A stretch of DNA of 64,000 nt from a virus. Made by a program: the position numbers and the translations under genes. The stretch lies in the IMG/VR virus record IMGVR_UViG_3300047551_001325, positions 9,535 to 73,534 of that record; one strand, written 5' to 3'. Shown here in pieces: positions 28,002-37,842 of this stretch (positions are counted from its first letter, which is position 1; the number at the start of each line of letters is the position of its first letter). Below the pieces are notes generated by a model. The model was not told where the DNA came from and ran no database searches. It worked only from the letters and a program-made list of their open reading frames with translations.

Positions 28002-28796
28002 TTGGAAAACTCAGTAGAAGTTGAGTCGTTTGATAACGCATTTAAAGACCCAGCACCTTCAATTGCTTTACCTGAAACAGTAATTGTTGAGCTCCACAGA
28101 GGTTTGTTAAACCCCAGCACTGGGCAATGGCAAACAACAGCCGAAGTTCGAGAACTTACAGGTAAAGACGAAGAGTTTTTAGCATCCCTTGAAAGTAACA
28201 AAACAATAACGTACGCCATGTACGTTAATCAATTAGTTAGCCGAGCTACTGTGCGTATTGGTGATACACAGATTCAAGGAAACAAATCCCTTATTGAAGA
28301 GCTAATCACCGGAGACAGAGACACGTTGTTGCTTGGAATCATTAAGGCAACCTACGGACCAGAGCGCACTTTTACATATCCATGTGATTCTTGTAGAACA
28401 CCAAACTCGATAACTATCGAACTTGACACTGACTTTCCAATGCAAACAGCAAAAGAAAATCTACGTGAACCTTTTGAAGTGGTATTTAAAAAAGGAAAAA
28501 AGGTAAAGTTTAGGTACCCAGTCGGTTCAGACAACATTGCAATGGGTAAAGGTGAAACCACAGCTCAACAAAGTACAATATTAATATCTCGTTGCGTGGT
28601 GTGGCCTGAGCACAGAGACTCCCTGTTTAACGAAGAGTGGGCAAAAAACCTATCTATGAACGATAGAAACCTAGTACTAAAGGCTCTACTTTCACCAAAA
28701 GTTGGCCCCAAGCTAGGGGAGGTGAATACCCAGTGCGTGCATTGTGGCGCTGATATAACTGTAAATATCGACTGGGTATCCCTTCTACTCGCCTAA
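28002..28796 (+). CDS. Tail/baseplate assembly chaperone (T4 gp26-like, two CxxC)
   Basis: VRELTGKDEE, GDRDTLLL, CDSC, CVHC; between tube and TMP; TTG start with AAGGAG. Confidence 0.75.
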   Translation: MENSVEVESFDNAFKDPAPSIALPETVIVELHRGLLNPSTGQWQTTAEVRELTGKDEEFLASLESNKTITYAMYVNQLVSRATVRIGDTQIQGNKSLIEELITGDRDTLLLGIIKATYGPERTFTYPCDSCRTPNSITIELDTDFPMQTAKENLREPFEVVFKKGKKVKFRYPVGSDNIAMGKGETTAQQSTILISRCVVWPEHRDSLFNEEWAKNLSMNDRNLVLKALLSPKVGPKLGEVNTQCVHCGADITVNIDWVSLLLA

Positions 28797-28941
28797 TCTA
28801 AAAAGTATATACTGGGAATACGAAGGTGTGGCCTCTGTATACAAAGGGTTTAGTTTAAACGACATACAGGACATGAGCGTCCGCCAAAGAGATTTTTGGT
28901 TTCGTATGGCTAAGTGGCGACTAACGGACGGAGGTGGTTAA
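28765..28941 (+). CDS. Probable frameshift-expressed chaperone extension (gpT/gpE'-like), +1 frame
   Basis: Open frame ...PFYSPNLKSIYWEYEGVASVYKGFSLNDIQDMSVRQRDFWFRMAKWRLTDGGG; no SD-led start; TAA overlaps the TMP ATG. Confidence 0.7.
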   Translation: MSTGYPFYSPNLKSIYWEYEGVASVYKGFSLNDIQDMSVRQRDFWFRMAKWRLTDGGG

Positions 28942-31900
28942 TGGCAACTGATGACGACATTCAGAAAATGGTTTCAAAAGAAACCCAGTCGATGGCTAGA
29001 GCTGAAGTTGGTATTAACGCCGACACCACCGATCTAAAAAACATTACAGACGCCCTCAAGAAAGCAAAAGAAGAGGGAGAACGTCTAGCTGTATCTTTGG
29101 GCAAAGCTGTACAAGCTATGAAGAGCTTGAAAGAAATGGGCCTTGTTCAAGTATACGACCAGTCCGCGCATTGGAGCGGTGGTCAAGGAGGAGCAGGAGG
29201 TGCCGGCCAATTAAGTGTTGGAAGCACTCCCGTAGCTGGGTCTAAGCCAAGCCACCCAGCTCCTGTTGTTCCAGCACCAAACGCTGTTGTTGCGGCAGGA
29301 GGAGCTTCACCAGGTATATCAGCGGTTGCAGCTGGGTCACCACTTGGTTCCGGATTTGCGGCGCAGTTCTTAAGAGGAGCAGCAGGTGCTGGAGCACCAG
29401 GTGTTCCTGGAATCCTCGGTGGTGGTGGTACTGGTGCAATTGGTACTGCCGGACAGCTTGGAGCAGGTGGTTTTGGGGCCGGAAACATTGGAGCAATAGT
29501 TGGCAGTCTAGGTAGCCAAATTGTCCAAGCAATTGACAAACGTGTTGAATCTGGCAGAGCCTACACCTTAGCCGCAGACAAGAGCACATTGGTTATGCAG
29601 CAACTCACTGGTATGAGCCAAAGTGGGGTTATGAATAACTTAAGAATGCCATTAACCCAATACAAACTTGGCGTTAACGGCATCAATGAGATGATGGACT
29701 TACAAGCAAGGACGGGCATAAACGCGGCTGGACAGGCTAGAAGCGTTGAGTTCATGAGAACCCTGAGTGGGTTTACAATGGGGGCTGCTGGAGCTACTGG
29801 AATCATTGAAAGCCTTGCTGATCCAGAGACTGTAAACAAAATGTTTATGATGACTGGTATGAGTTTAATTGGACCAGGTGGTAAACAGCGTTCAACTCAG
29901 TCCCTGATTGAAAACCTTGCAAAACGCGCTGGGTTAATGGACCCTAAACTTGCAGCAACAGCAATGGCCCCGGGTTCGGTATCAAGAGCAACCCTTTCAC
30001 AAATGGGTGTTACTGGCGATATGCAAGAACAAGTTTTAAGATTTGCCCAATCAAACGCAGCGTTTCGTAAACGTGGTGGAAAAGGTACATACGATCCAAC
30101 AAAAGAAGAAGATCGTAAACTTATGGGTATTGACGACACCTTCGCTATGGAGGCAGAGGAGACCCAACGCAGACGAGGCAAGCGTGAAGAACAGTTTTAT
30201 AGAGACCAAGCGGACGCTTATGCAAAACTTGAAAGGCAGACCCAAAGACTTACTGACGCTATGGCTAAGTTTGAACACGCAATGGAAGGGATTATTGGTG
30301 CAAGAACCGGAAGTCGAGTAGGTCAAAAGTTGCTTGGTGGATTAGCCGGTGCAGGAGGAATGGGTTTACTTGGCATGGGTGTTGCAACTTTAGCTACTGG
30401 TGGAGCTGCTGGTGGGTTATTGCTTGGTGGAGCCGTTCTTAGCGGCATAGGAAAAATACTTGGTGACCCCAACACAAGTGATGACTTTGCATCGTCTATC
30501 TGGACACCACGTTCAAGTAGTTCTACTGTTGTTGGTAGCAGTACAGCTACTGTGCCAGCAGGCACACCAGCAATACCTATAACTCCTGATGTCCCTGCGG
30601 CAATAACTCCAGACCCAGAAACCGCTCCTTTGCAGCTTTGGGAAGCTGGTCAATACGATGTGTTTAGGACTGGGTTAAAGTCAACCTTTAGCGATTCATT
30701 TTTGCAAACTCAATATAGCGGTAAAAGTGAACACACTATAAAAAATAGTGGTGAGTTTAATGAGTTAAATGGTGCCCTTAGAAAAGCCATAAACAGTATG
30801 GCTGACAGGGCAATGGTTGAGGCTGGCTTGGACATCAACCTTGTAAGCGGTCGCCGTTCTACCGATGAACAGTTAAAACTTTTCCTTGAAAGATACCAAG
30901 TAGCACCACCTGGGGTAAAAGAATACAAAGACGCTTTTGATGGTAAATACTATAAAGTTAAAAACTTTTATGGTTCTAATTGGATGAAAAAGCCTCAAAA
31001 TAGTGATCCTCCAGTAGCTGTGCCAGGAACTTCTTTACATGAAATTGGAATGGCCGCAGACATTGATATGTCTGATCCAAGAGTTGCTCAGTGGGTAAGA
31101 AACAACAAATGGAGATTTAACCTAGTCAATGGAGAAGGCGAAGAACACCACTTGCAGCTTGCTTGGACAAAAGATATGACCTTAAGTCAATTCTTAGGAA
31201 AAACAGGTTTAAGTATTGAACAGGCAACTAAGAACACACATGTTGCTATGCAAGGTAGCAGTCGTTACACAAACTCATTTAGACCTGGATTTGGAGTAGA
31301 TATAAATAGATTTTCTGAAGCGCTTCTTAGAAGATGGGGTTACACAGTAACACCAGAGAAGGTAATGCTTCTTAGAGCATGGTCAGATAAAGAAGGAACA
31401 GGTGGTTCCTATAACCCAATGAACGTCATTTCTGGAAACAACAGAGTTGATCCGTCTACTGGATACGAGAGAGCCGAAACAAACTATAACAGTAATGGTG
31501 GTGGCATGTATCCAGTACAAAACTTTGATAGTTTTGAACAAGGCGTTGAGTACACTGCTCTTCATTTAGGCACAAACAACCAAGCACTTATGGGAATCTT
31601 GGCTCAACCACGTCCAACAATTGACCAAATTAGAACAGTGCTGTCATCTGTAAACAGAAAAACAATGCTTAACATTTTTAACGGGTATGCAAATCGCTAC
31701 CAAGATCCTGACTATGGGGTAAAAGGGCTCTACAATATAAATGGAATGGATTTTGGAAAAAAACTAGCTGGTTATTCTGGAGATCCACAGCGATCAATGA
31801 GTGGTTCTACATTGTCTCCAATTTCTATGCCATCAACTGCTGCTGCTGCAACTCCGGTTGTTGGTAATAACCCTGTAGTTCAACAAGGTAGCACTATAAC

Positions 31901-32036
31901 TATATCTCCAGTAATTAACATGACTACTACTGGGGCTTCAGGCAGTGTTAGTGAATATGACCTAAGATTAATGGCAAAACGAATTGCCAAATTAATTGAA
32001 CAAGAAACCAACCTTGATAAAATTAGGAGATCATAG
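28941..32036 (+). CDS. Tape-measure-like protein with M15 peptidase and lysozyme-like domains
   Basis: GGAGG SD; A/G-rich helical N-half; SGRRS..Q, GTSLHEIGMAADI, EEHHLQ; EG..YNPMN..VQNFDSFEQG. Confidence 0.8.
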   Translation: MATDDDIQKMVSKETQSMARAEVGINADTTDLKNITDALKKAKEEGERLAVSLGKAVQAMKSLKEMGLVQVYDQSAHWSGGQGGAGGAGQLSVGSTPVAGSKPSHPAPVVPAPNAVVAAGGASPGISAVAAGSPLGSGFAAQFLRGAAGAGAPGVPGILGGGGTGAIGTAGQLGAGGFGAGNIGAIVGSLGSQIVQAIDKRVESGRAYTLAADKSTLVMQQLTGMSQSGVMNNLRMPLTQYKLGVNGINEMMDLQARTGINAAGQARSVEFMRTLSGFTMGAAGATGIIESLADPETVNKMFMMTGMSLIGPGGKQRSTQSLIENLAKRAGLMDPKLAATAMAPGSVSRATLSQMGVTGDMQEQVLRFAQSNAAFRKRGGKGTYDPTKEEDRKLMGIDDTFAMEAEETQRRRGKREEQFYRDQADAYAKLERQTQRLTDAMAKFEHAMEGIIGARTGSRVGQKLLGGLAGAGGMGLLGMGVATLATGGAAGGLLLGGAVLSGIGKILGDPNTSDDFASSIWTPRSSSSTVVGSSTATVPAGTPAIPITPDVPAAITPDPETAPLQLWEAGQYDVFRTGLKSTFSDSFLQTQYSGKSEHTIKNSGEFNELNGALRKAINSMADRAMVEAGLDINLVSGRRSTDEQLKLFLERYQVAPPGVKEYKDAFDGKYYKVKNFYGSNWMKKPQNSDPPVAVPGTSLHEIGMAADIDMSDPRVAQWVRNNKWRFNLVNGEGEEHHLQLAWTKDMTLSQFLGKTGLSIEQATKNTHVAMQGSSRYTNSFRPGFGVDINRFSEALLRRWGYTVTPEKVMLLRAWSDKEGTGGSYNPMNVISGNNRVDPSTGYERAETNYNSNGGGMYPVQNFDSFEQGVEYTALHLGTNNQALMGILAQPRPTIDQIRTVLSSVNRKTMLNIFNGYANRYQDPDYGVKGLYNINGMDFGKKLAGYSGDPQRSMSGSTLSPISMPSTAAAATPVVGNNPVVQQGSTITISPVINMTTTGASGSVSEYDLRLMAKRIAKLIEQETNLDKIRRS

Positions 32037-32038
32037 TC

Positions 32039-34312
32039 ATGGCTTATAAGACTGATCGTAATAGCTTATTTAGTCAGCTTCCTCCTGGCGTAAGACAGGG
32101 TGAAGTCACTAACGGTCAAACCGTTGAAAACCAAGCATTTCAATTTCCAACTAATATTGCTAGGGTTGCTAGTAGTGCTAATCTACAAAAAGGTGCATTG
32201 TCCGACGCTAACGCTGAGAGCGTTACATTAACGCGTGGATTTATGCGAAACCTAATGACCGATCTTGGTGAAAACCAACCAAGATTCCCTGACGTTAGGT
32301 GTTTTTTTCAGTTTAACCCACAGGATATTGAACACGTAATTGAAGCACGAAAAGACATGTATCTTCCGATACTCCAAGATCCTCAACAGCTACGCCAACC
32401 AATGGCCGGTAATGCAATGTTCAACTTTGAACTAATCTTTGACAGGACAATGGAAGTTAACACACAGACATACAAAACCGTTTCTCGTGGTGGTGAACCT
32501 ATACCAGATTCAACATCACCAGGTACTGTTGGTGTGTTTCATGATTTAAGAGTGTTGTATTCAATAATAGGCCAAGGCCTTAGTGAAGAGCTACTAGCCG
32601 CACAGCAAGTAAAACTAAAAAATGATGCTAAAGCATTTGCTATAAAAAACTATAGTTCTTTAAACGTTCAATACAACGCAGAAAGTGACGCGTTCACGTC
32701 AAATAAAACTCTTACAAACCCAGAAGACGATGTGTATTCCGATGATCCCAACTCAGTTGCAACTGCCGACTTCCTAAACAAACTAACGTCTGATCCAACG
32801 TCAATTAACAGTTTCCTTGCTGATTTTAATATTGGAAACTCTGCATTTTTAATACCGCAACCATGTCGAGTAGTGTTCTCCCCTGTGTTTATGGTTGATG
32901 GATTTGTTATGGGTACCAAAGTATTGTTTACTAAATTTAGTACAAAAATGATACCTACTCAATGCAAAGTATATATAACTATGCAAGCAACTTATTTAGG
33001 GTTTGCTAGAGCAAAAACATTTGTAACTGAGCAACTTGATGAAACAGCTAGGCAAAACACCGAGGATGAACGCACGGCGGTTTCCGAGGTTGGAGCCGTA
33101 GGTACTGAACTTTCTTCAGCTGTTTCAAACACAGTAGTAGGGTTTTCTAGTGATCCAAGGGTAATCACACAACCAAGTGGTTCTTCTTCTGGTGAAAACT
33201 CTATAGTGTATTATGAATCAAAATTAAATAACATATCAACTCGTGTTGGCTGGGCTTACCAACCATTATGGTTATTTGCTACAAAAGACTTTTGGTATAC
33301 TCGCCCAACTGTAGCCCAGTATGTTGGAGCACCACCAGGTGTTGGTTCAAAAGAGTTCGTAGTTGGAAGTGGAGAGTATGACCCAACGTACTCACTACAG
33401 TCCCCTACATACACTAGAACTCCCGCGTTTCAACCGCAACTTTCAGTGCGTGTCTGCCCAAGTGAAGCAGACAAAACTAGAATAAAAGAAAAGATATTTG
33501 AAGCACTGCAGTCATCAAATCCAAAACTTAACTTTGAAATAAAAGTTCATTTTTTTGGGCCATTTTCAACCGAAGGTGCTGCTAATTCATTTTTGTCTAC
33601 AAACATAGGACAAACGCCTTTTCAATCTCTCTCAAAAGAGTCAATTAGTGCTCTCTATGTAGGAAAGTATGGAATTACTAAAGAGATTGGCACAAAAGAA
33701 AAATGGGATGATTACGCAAAAGATCCGCAAAACTGGTCGATGGACATGGGTTCTTCTAATGACGATACAAACAAACGTAACACGGCTCCAAACCCTATTA
33801 CAATAAATACTAAAAATTCATCAAATATTTCTATAGCAGATGCTGTGGACTCAAGAATTACAGCTGCATACGCTTCTGCTGTTTCTGAGTATGGGAGTAC
33901 TGTAAACAATGCAATAAACTACACAAAAGCTCTGTACTACGATGGTGTATCCAGCAAAGTTGAAAAAGTAGACCCTAGGTGGAATGGTACAACTAATAAT
34001 TTTAGAGATCAAATAGGAATGCCTGTAGAGGTTTACCAAATCACTACTGGGTATGCTAATCAGCAAGGAAGCGCTGCAGATAGATTGGACTCTCTTCTTC
34101 AACTAGTTGACTCTGTTCACCAATTGAGCAGTAAATACTTTGCGGTTGTTGTCGACGCAGTTGTTAAATACTCTATTGAAACAGAAGCTGGTATCTACAA
34201 ACAGGCATCTCCCGGTGGTGTTAGATCATCGTTTGTTGCTTTGGGGGGAACAATTGGAAAACAAACGTCACTTAACTTTGGATGGGGAGGGTTGGCAATA
34301 GTGCCAATTTGA
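32039..34312 (+). CDS. Tail tube initiator/baseplate protein
   Basis: FQFNPQDI, FELIFDRT, F..KMIP pattern; follows TMP. Confidence 0.6.
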   Translation: MAYKTDRNSLFSQLPPGVRQGEVTNGQTVENQAFQFPTNIARVASSANLQKGALSDANAESVTLTRGFMRNLMTDLGENQPRFPDVRCFFQFNPQDIEHVIEARKDMYLPILQDPQQLRQPMAGNAMFNFELIFDRTMEVNTQTYKTVSRGGEPIPDSTSPGTVGVFHDLRVLYSIIGQGLSEELLAAQQVKLKNDAKAFAIKNYSSLNVQYNAESDAFTSNKTLTNPEDDVYSDDPNSVATADFLNKLTSDPTSINSFLADFNIGNSAFLIPQPCRVVFSPVFMVDGFVMGTKVLFTKFSTKMIPTQCKVYITMQATYLGFARAKTFVTEQLDETARQNTEDERTAVSEVGAVGTELSSAVSNTVVGFSSDPRVITQPSGSSSGENSIVYYESKLNNISTRVGWAYQPLWLFATKDFWYTRPTVAQYVGAPPGVGSKEFVVGSGEYDPTYSLQSPTYTRTPAFQPQLSVRVCPSEADKTRIKEKIFEALQSSNPKLNFEIKVHFFGPFSTEGAANSFLSTNIGQTPFQSLSKESISALYVGKYGITKEIGTKEKWDDYAKDPQNWSMDMGSSNDDTNKRNTAPNPITINTKNSSNISIADAVDSRITAAYASAVSEYGSTVNNAINYTKALYYDGVSSKVEKVDPRWNGTTNNFRDQIGMPVEVYQITTGYANQQGSAADRLDSLLQLVDSVHQLSSKYFAVVVDAVVKYSIETEAGIYKQASPGGVRSSFVALGGTIGKQTSLNFGWGGLAIVPI

Positions 34313-34315
34313 TAT

Positions 34316-34561
34316 ATGAAAACAAAATATTTATCATCCGACAGATACACTCTTGATGACTCCGGACAAACAGCTTCAAGAACGCGCTTTATTGCTAGTG
34401 GCTATTCCGTGTACACATCAGTACAGGGTGACACTTTTATGTCATTAAGCATCCGATTTTTAGGAGATCAATCGCGTTACTGGGAAATTGCCGACATTAA
34501 TCCTCAAGTTGAATGGCCAGATAGGATACCTGTTGGAACAACACTTAGGATTCCAATATGA
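34316..34561 (+). CDS. LysM-like baseplate protein (tail X)
   Basis: GDTF..LS..FLGD..YWEIADINP..IPVGTTLRIP. Confidence 0.85.
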   Translation: MKTKYLSSDRYTLDDSGQTASRTRFIASGYSVYTSVQGDTFMSLSIRFLGDQSRYWEIADINPQVEWPDRIPVGTTLRIPI

Positions 34562-35721
34562 TTGGACCGTCAATAAATAAGTTTTCTGCAAACTGTGTGT
34601 TTAAACTAAACGGTGTTGCTGTTGACTATTCAACAATTATTGAACATGAACTGGCTCTTTCTGAAAACAAACATGATCTACTTATAGTCACAATGGCCGG
34701 TGTTCCGGCAGCTGCCGTAACAGACTACATTGGAGTTCCCGTTTCTTTTTCTCTTGGAGAAGGTTTTGGAACATCTCAAAAGTTTGTTGGGTATGTATCA
34801 TACGTAGAGCCAATGCATAACGCCAAAGATGGGTTGATCAACAAAAGCCCAATACAACTTGTAAAAGTTTACTGCATTGGTGCTTCAATGGTTATGAAAG
34901 AAGTTAGATCAAAAGTTTGGGAAAATCCAACACTGTCGGAAATAGTCACATTTATAGCCGAGACTCATGGGTTTAGTGCCGACTTTCCAAAGGAAGACTA
35001 CCGACCACTTAGATTGGTTCAATCAAACGAAAGTGACTGGTCTTTCTTAAATAGAGTTTGCAAAAAGTTTGGTTTGTCATTTTCCCTGCATGGAACACAT
35101 CTCCATTTATGGGATCGTAATAAGTTTACTGGGAGAACTTCATCATTCCACAGGGCTTTAACCAGCAACAACACTCAAGATAACCGCCCATTTTATGTTC
35201 TTAACTTTGAAGCAACTCTTGGAAAGATATCGTCTTCCGGCGATAGAAGTAGAAGTGTTGTTACTGTTCTAGATTCGCAAAACAATATACATGTAGTTGT
35301 TGATGAATCGTCAGAGTATTTTCCAGGGTCATCTGATTCTCCAAAATTGTTTAAAAAACCACTTACCCTTTCTTTAAACTCATTGGAAGAAGGAATAAGA
35401 ACTATTGATTCTTACGATAAATACAACTCAATTTATAACGCAAAAATTAATGTAATGTATGGCGGAGGAGCTGTACCCGGTGGCATACTTTACCTTGATG
35501 GGTTTTCATCAAAATTTGACGGATTTTGGTACATATCTGATGTTACGCATTTTATTAAATCTGAAAACTATGTAACAGAATTAGTTTTAGCAAAATCAGA
35601 AGAATTTAGTGAAATTATAGATACATCTAATGTCACTAGTTTTAAAGAACCACCGGAGTACAAAATGAATTTTAATGAGCAGTGGGTTGCCAGCACAGTA
35701 AAGGTCTCTGAATATGCCTAG
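34558..35721 (+). CDS. Baseplate hub (gpD/gp27-like)
   Basis: Q.NESDWSFLNRV, FDGFWYISDVTH. Confidence 0.85.
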   Translation: MIGPSINKFSANCVFKLNGVAVDYSTIIEHELALSENKHDLLIVTMAGVPAAAVTDYIGVPVSFSLGEGFGTSQKFVGYVSYVEPMHNAKDGLINKSPIQLVKVYCIGASMVMKEVRSKVWENPTLSEIVTFIAETHGFSADFPKEDYRPLRLVQSNESDWSFLNRVCKKFGLSFSLHGTHLHLWDRNKFTGRTSSFHRALTSNNTQDNRPFYVLNFEATLGKISSSGDRSRSVVTVLDSQNNIHVVVDESSEYFPGSSDSPKLFKKPLTLSLNSLEEGIRTIDSYDKYNSIYNAKINVMYGGGAVPGGILYLDGFSSKFDGFWYISDVTHFIKSENYVTELVLAKSEEFSEIIDTSNVTSFKEPPEYKMNFNEQWVASTVKVSEYA

Positions 35722-35947
35722 TTCTGATATAACCCTTCACAGAGCTTTGGTAGTTCGTCGATCTGGAAACGATATCTACGTTAAGATACCAAGCCTATTG
35801 GGCGCTACCGAATCAATCGCAGTACACACCCCAAAGACTCCTTCCGCAAATTGGCCTCCTGCAGATAACTCCCAGATAATCGTGGCAGTTGAAGGGGAAA
35901 ACTTTAATAAAGTGTATGCTGTATCAAATATAGATATTGGAATTTAG
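35714..35947 (+). CDS. Short spike-related OB-fold protein
   Basis: IYVKIPSLLG..P...IIVAVEG pattern; between hub and gp25. Confidence 0.5.
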   Translation: MPSSDITLHRALVVRRSGNDIYVKIPSLLGATESIAVHTPKTPSANWPPADNSQIIVAVEGENFNKVYAVSNIDIGI

Positions 35948-35960
35948 TTTGAGGTGATCT

Positions 35961-36359
35961 ATGAAATCAATAAAAATACCATTCTCTTTTGTTGGTGGAA
36001 AAGTTAACGCAACCACAGATGAATCTTCTATTGCTAACCAAAAAATAGAAAGTGTTCTGACAACCTCACGAGGAGAACGCATTTTAAATCAAACTTTTGG
36101 AAGTGACATAAAGAAGCTTGTTAACGAAGTACCTACCGATAGCATTTTAGCTGATGCTAAAATAGAATCTATGTATGACTTAAAAAGTCAAGTATCTGGT
36201 GTACAAATAATTGATATGAATTTTGATCTTGATTCACTAACTAGCGACGACCCAACACTAAATGTGTATGTTACATACAAACTACCGTTGGGTACATTTA
36301 GAACTGGAAGAGTTAAACTTGCTGTTCCTGGAATAATTACAGAAGATACGATTGTGTAG
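35961..36359 (+). CDS. Baseplate wedge/sheath initiator (gp25-like)
   Basis: VLTTSRGERILNQTFGS. Confidence 0.88.
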   Translation: MKSIKIPFSFVGGKVNATTDESSIANQKIESVLTTSRGERILNQTFGSDIKKLVNEVPTDSILADAKIESMYDLKSQVSGVQIIDMNFDLDSLTSDDPTLNVYVTYKLPLGTFRTGRVKLAVPGIITEDTIV

Positions 36360-36366
36360 GTAACTA

Positions 36367-37839
36367 ATGGCATCTGATCAAACATTCAACTACGCAAGTA
36401 GAACATACGGAACAATCCGACAAGACCTTCTGGCTCGGGCATCAACCGTTGTCCCCGAATGGACTGACCGAGATGCATCTGATTTTGGTATGTTGTTTGT
36501 AGACCTATGGTCTTATATGGGCGACATCATACACTACTATGTCGATAGGACTGGTAGAGAGTCTTTTATATCAACTGCTACGCAAAGAGAGAGCCTTATT
36601 GCATACGCAAACATGTTTGGGTACAAACCAAGCGGTAGAGAATCAGCAAGAGGTTCTGTGTATATTTCAAACTCTTCTGGTGCATCTGCATACACTTTGC
36701 CAATAAACTCCCAGTTGCGTGCTACTTACGACAACATTAACTACAACTTTTACACCACAAACGCAATAACTATTGCGCCAGGTACTACTGAAGAAGTAGA
36801 AATAGTTGAAGGTAAAATAACCACTAATGATGTTTTAACAACATCTTCTTCTGGTGCTCCAAACCAATCCTATATCCTTACAAATGCAGACCCAGCAATT
36901 TCCACTATTGAATTAACGGTCACTGAGGACGGCGTTGATGTACCCTACCTACAATACGCAGATGCTCAAGATATGTCATCTGGATCAAGAGGTTTTCTTG
37001 TAAAGCTCACCTCAGCAGGAACAGTCCAAATAACTTTTGGTAACCGTATTAATGGGTTTGTGCCGCCGGCTGGATCTAGGATAACAGCCTCGTACACTAG
37101 AAGTTCTGGCGTAAATGGAAACCTTGGTTCTAACTTAATAACTTCGTTTGTTGAATCACACCCTAGTTACATAACTATTTCCTCTTCCACTACAACAACT
37201 GGTGGAACCAACGGGGAGACTGCGGAGAGTCTTAAAGCCAACATTATCTCGTCAATACGCACGCAAGATAGGGCCGTAACTCTCCAAGACTACGCTGATA
37301 TAGCTAAAAGTGTTTCTGGTGTTTACAAAGCTGTGGCTGCATACACACCAGCGTCTGCTGGAAGTTCGGCTGGAGCTTCTGTAACTGTTTATGCATTGCC
37401 ATATGTGAGTGACTTTTTAACAACGTCTAGTTACTCAATTACTGTTCCATCTACCATTAAAACAGACGTAGTAGACAAGTTGTCCACTAGAAGTATGGTT
37501 GGTGTTACGCCAGTCGCTGCAAGTTCAGTTACCTTGCGACGATTAGATATTATTGCATCTATACAAGTTTCGGAAGGGTTTGTAAAAAGCTGGGTTGAAG
37601 CAAATGTAAGAAACGCCCTGGACGGATTATTTACATTTGATAACGCAGACTTTGGAAAAGAAATAAAAAAGGGTGAAGTTTACAAACTTTTGATGAACCT
37701 TACTGGTGTTGACTACATTGACATATCATCTTTTGTAATAAAAGATGGGTCAAATAACACTATTACTGCTCTTGATCCAGCACACGTACTACGAAAGGGG
37801 ACTATAACACTTACGTTCTCTGGAGGGATGGGTAGCTAA
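36367..37839 (+). CDS. Baseplate J-like wedge protein
   Basis: PEWTD..SDFG, TATQR, FGN..G..P, GG..GET, RAVTLQDY. Confidence 0.9.
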   Translation: MASDQTFNYASRTYGTIRQDLLARASTVVPEWTDRDASDFGMLFVDLWSYMGDIIHYYVDRTGRESFISTATQRESLIAYANMFGYKPSGRESARGSVYISNSSGASAYTLPINSQLRATYDNINYNFYTTNAITIAPGTTEEVEIVEGKITTNDVLTTSSSGAPNQSYILTNADPAISTIELTVTEDGVDVPYLQYADAQDMSSGSRGFLVKLTSAGTVQITFGNRINGFVPPAGSRITASYTRSSGVNGNLGSNLITSFVESHPSYITISSSTTTTGGTNGETAESLKANIISSIRTQDRAVTLQDYADIAKSVSGVYKAVAAYTPASAGSSAGASVTVYALPYVSDFLTTSSYSITVPSTIKTDVVDKLSTRSMVGVTPVAASSVTLRRLDIIASIQVSEGFVKSWVEANVRNALDGLFTFDNADFGKEIKKGEVYKLLMNLTGVDYIDISSFVIKDGSNNTITALDPAHVLRKGTITLTFSGGMGS

Positions 37840-37842
37840 CAA

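Noticed and set aside
28914-28940. ORF-track GTG start for the tape-measure gene
   Set aside because: ATG at 28941 has a GGAGG SD and TAATG coupling
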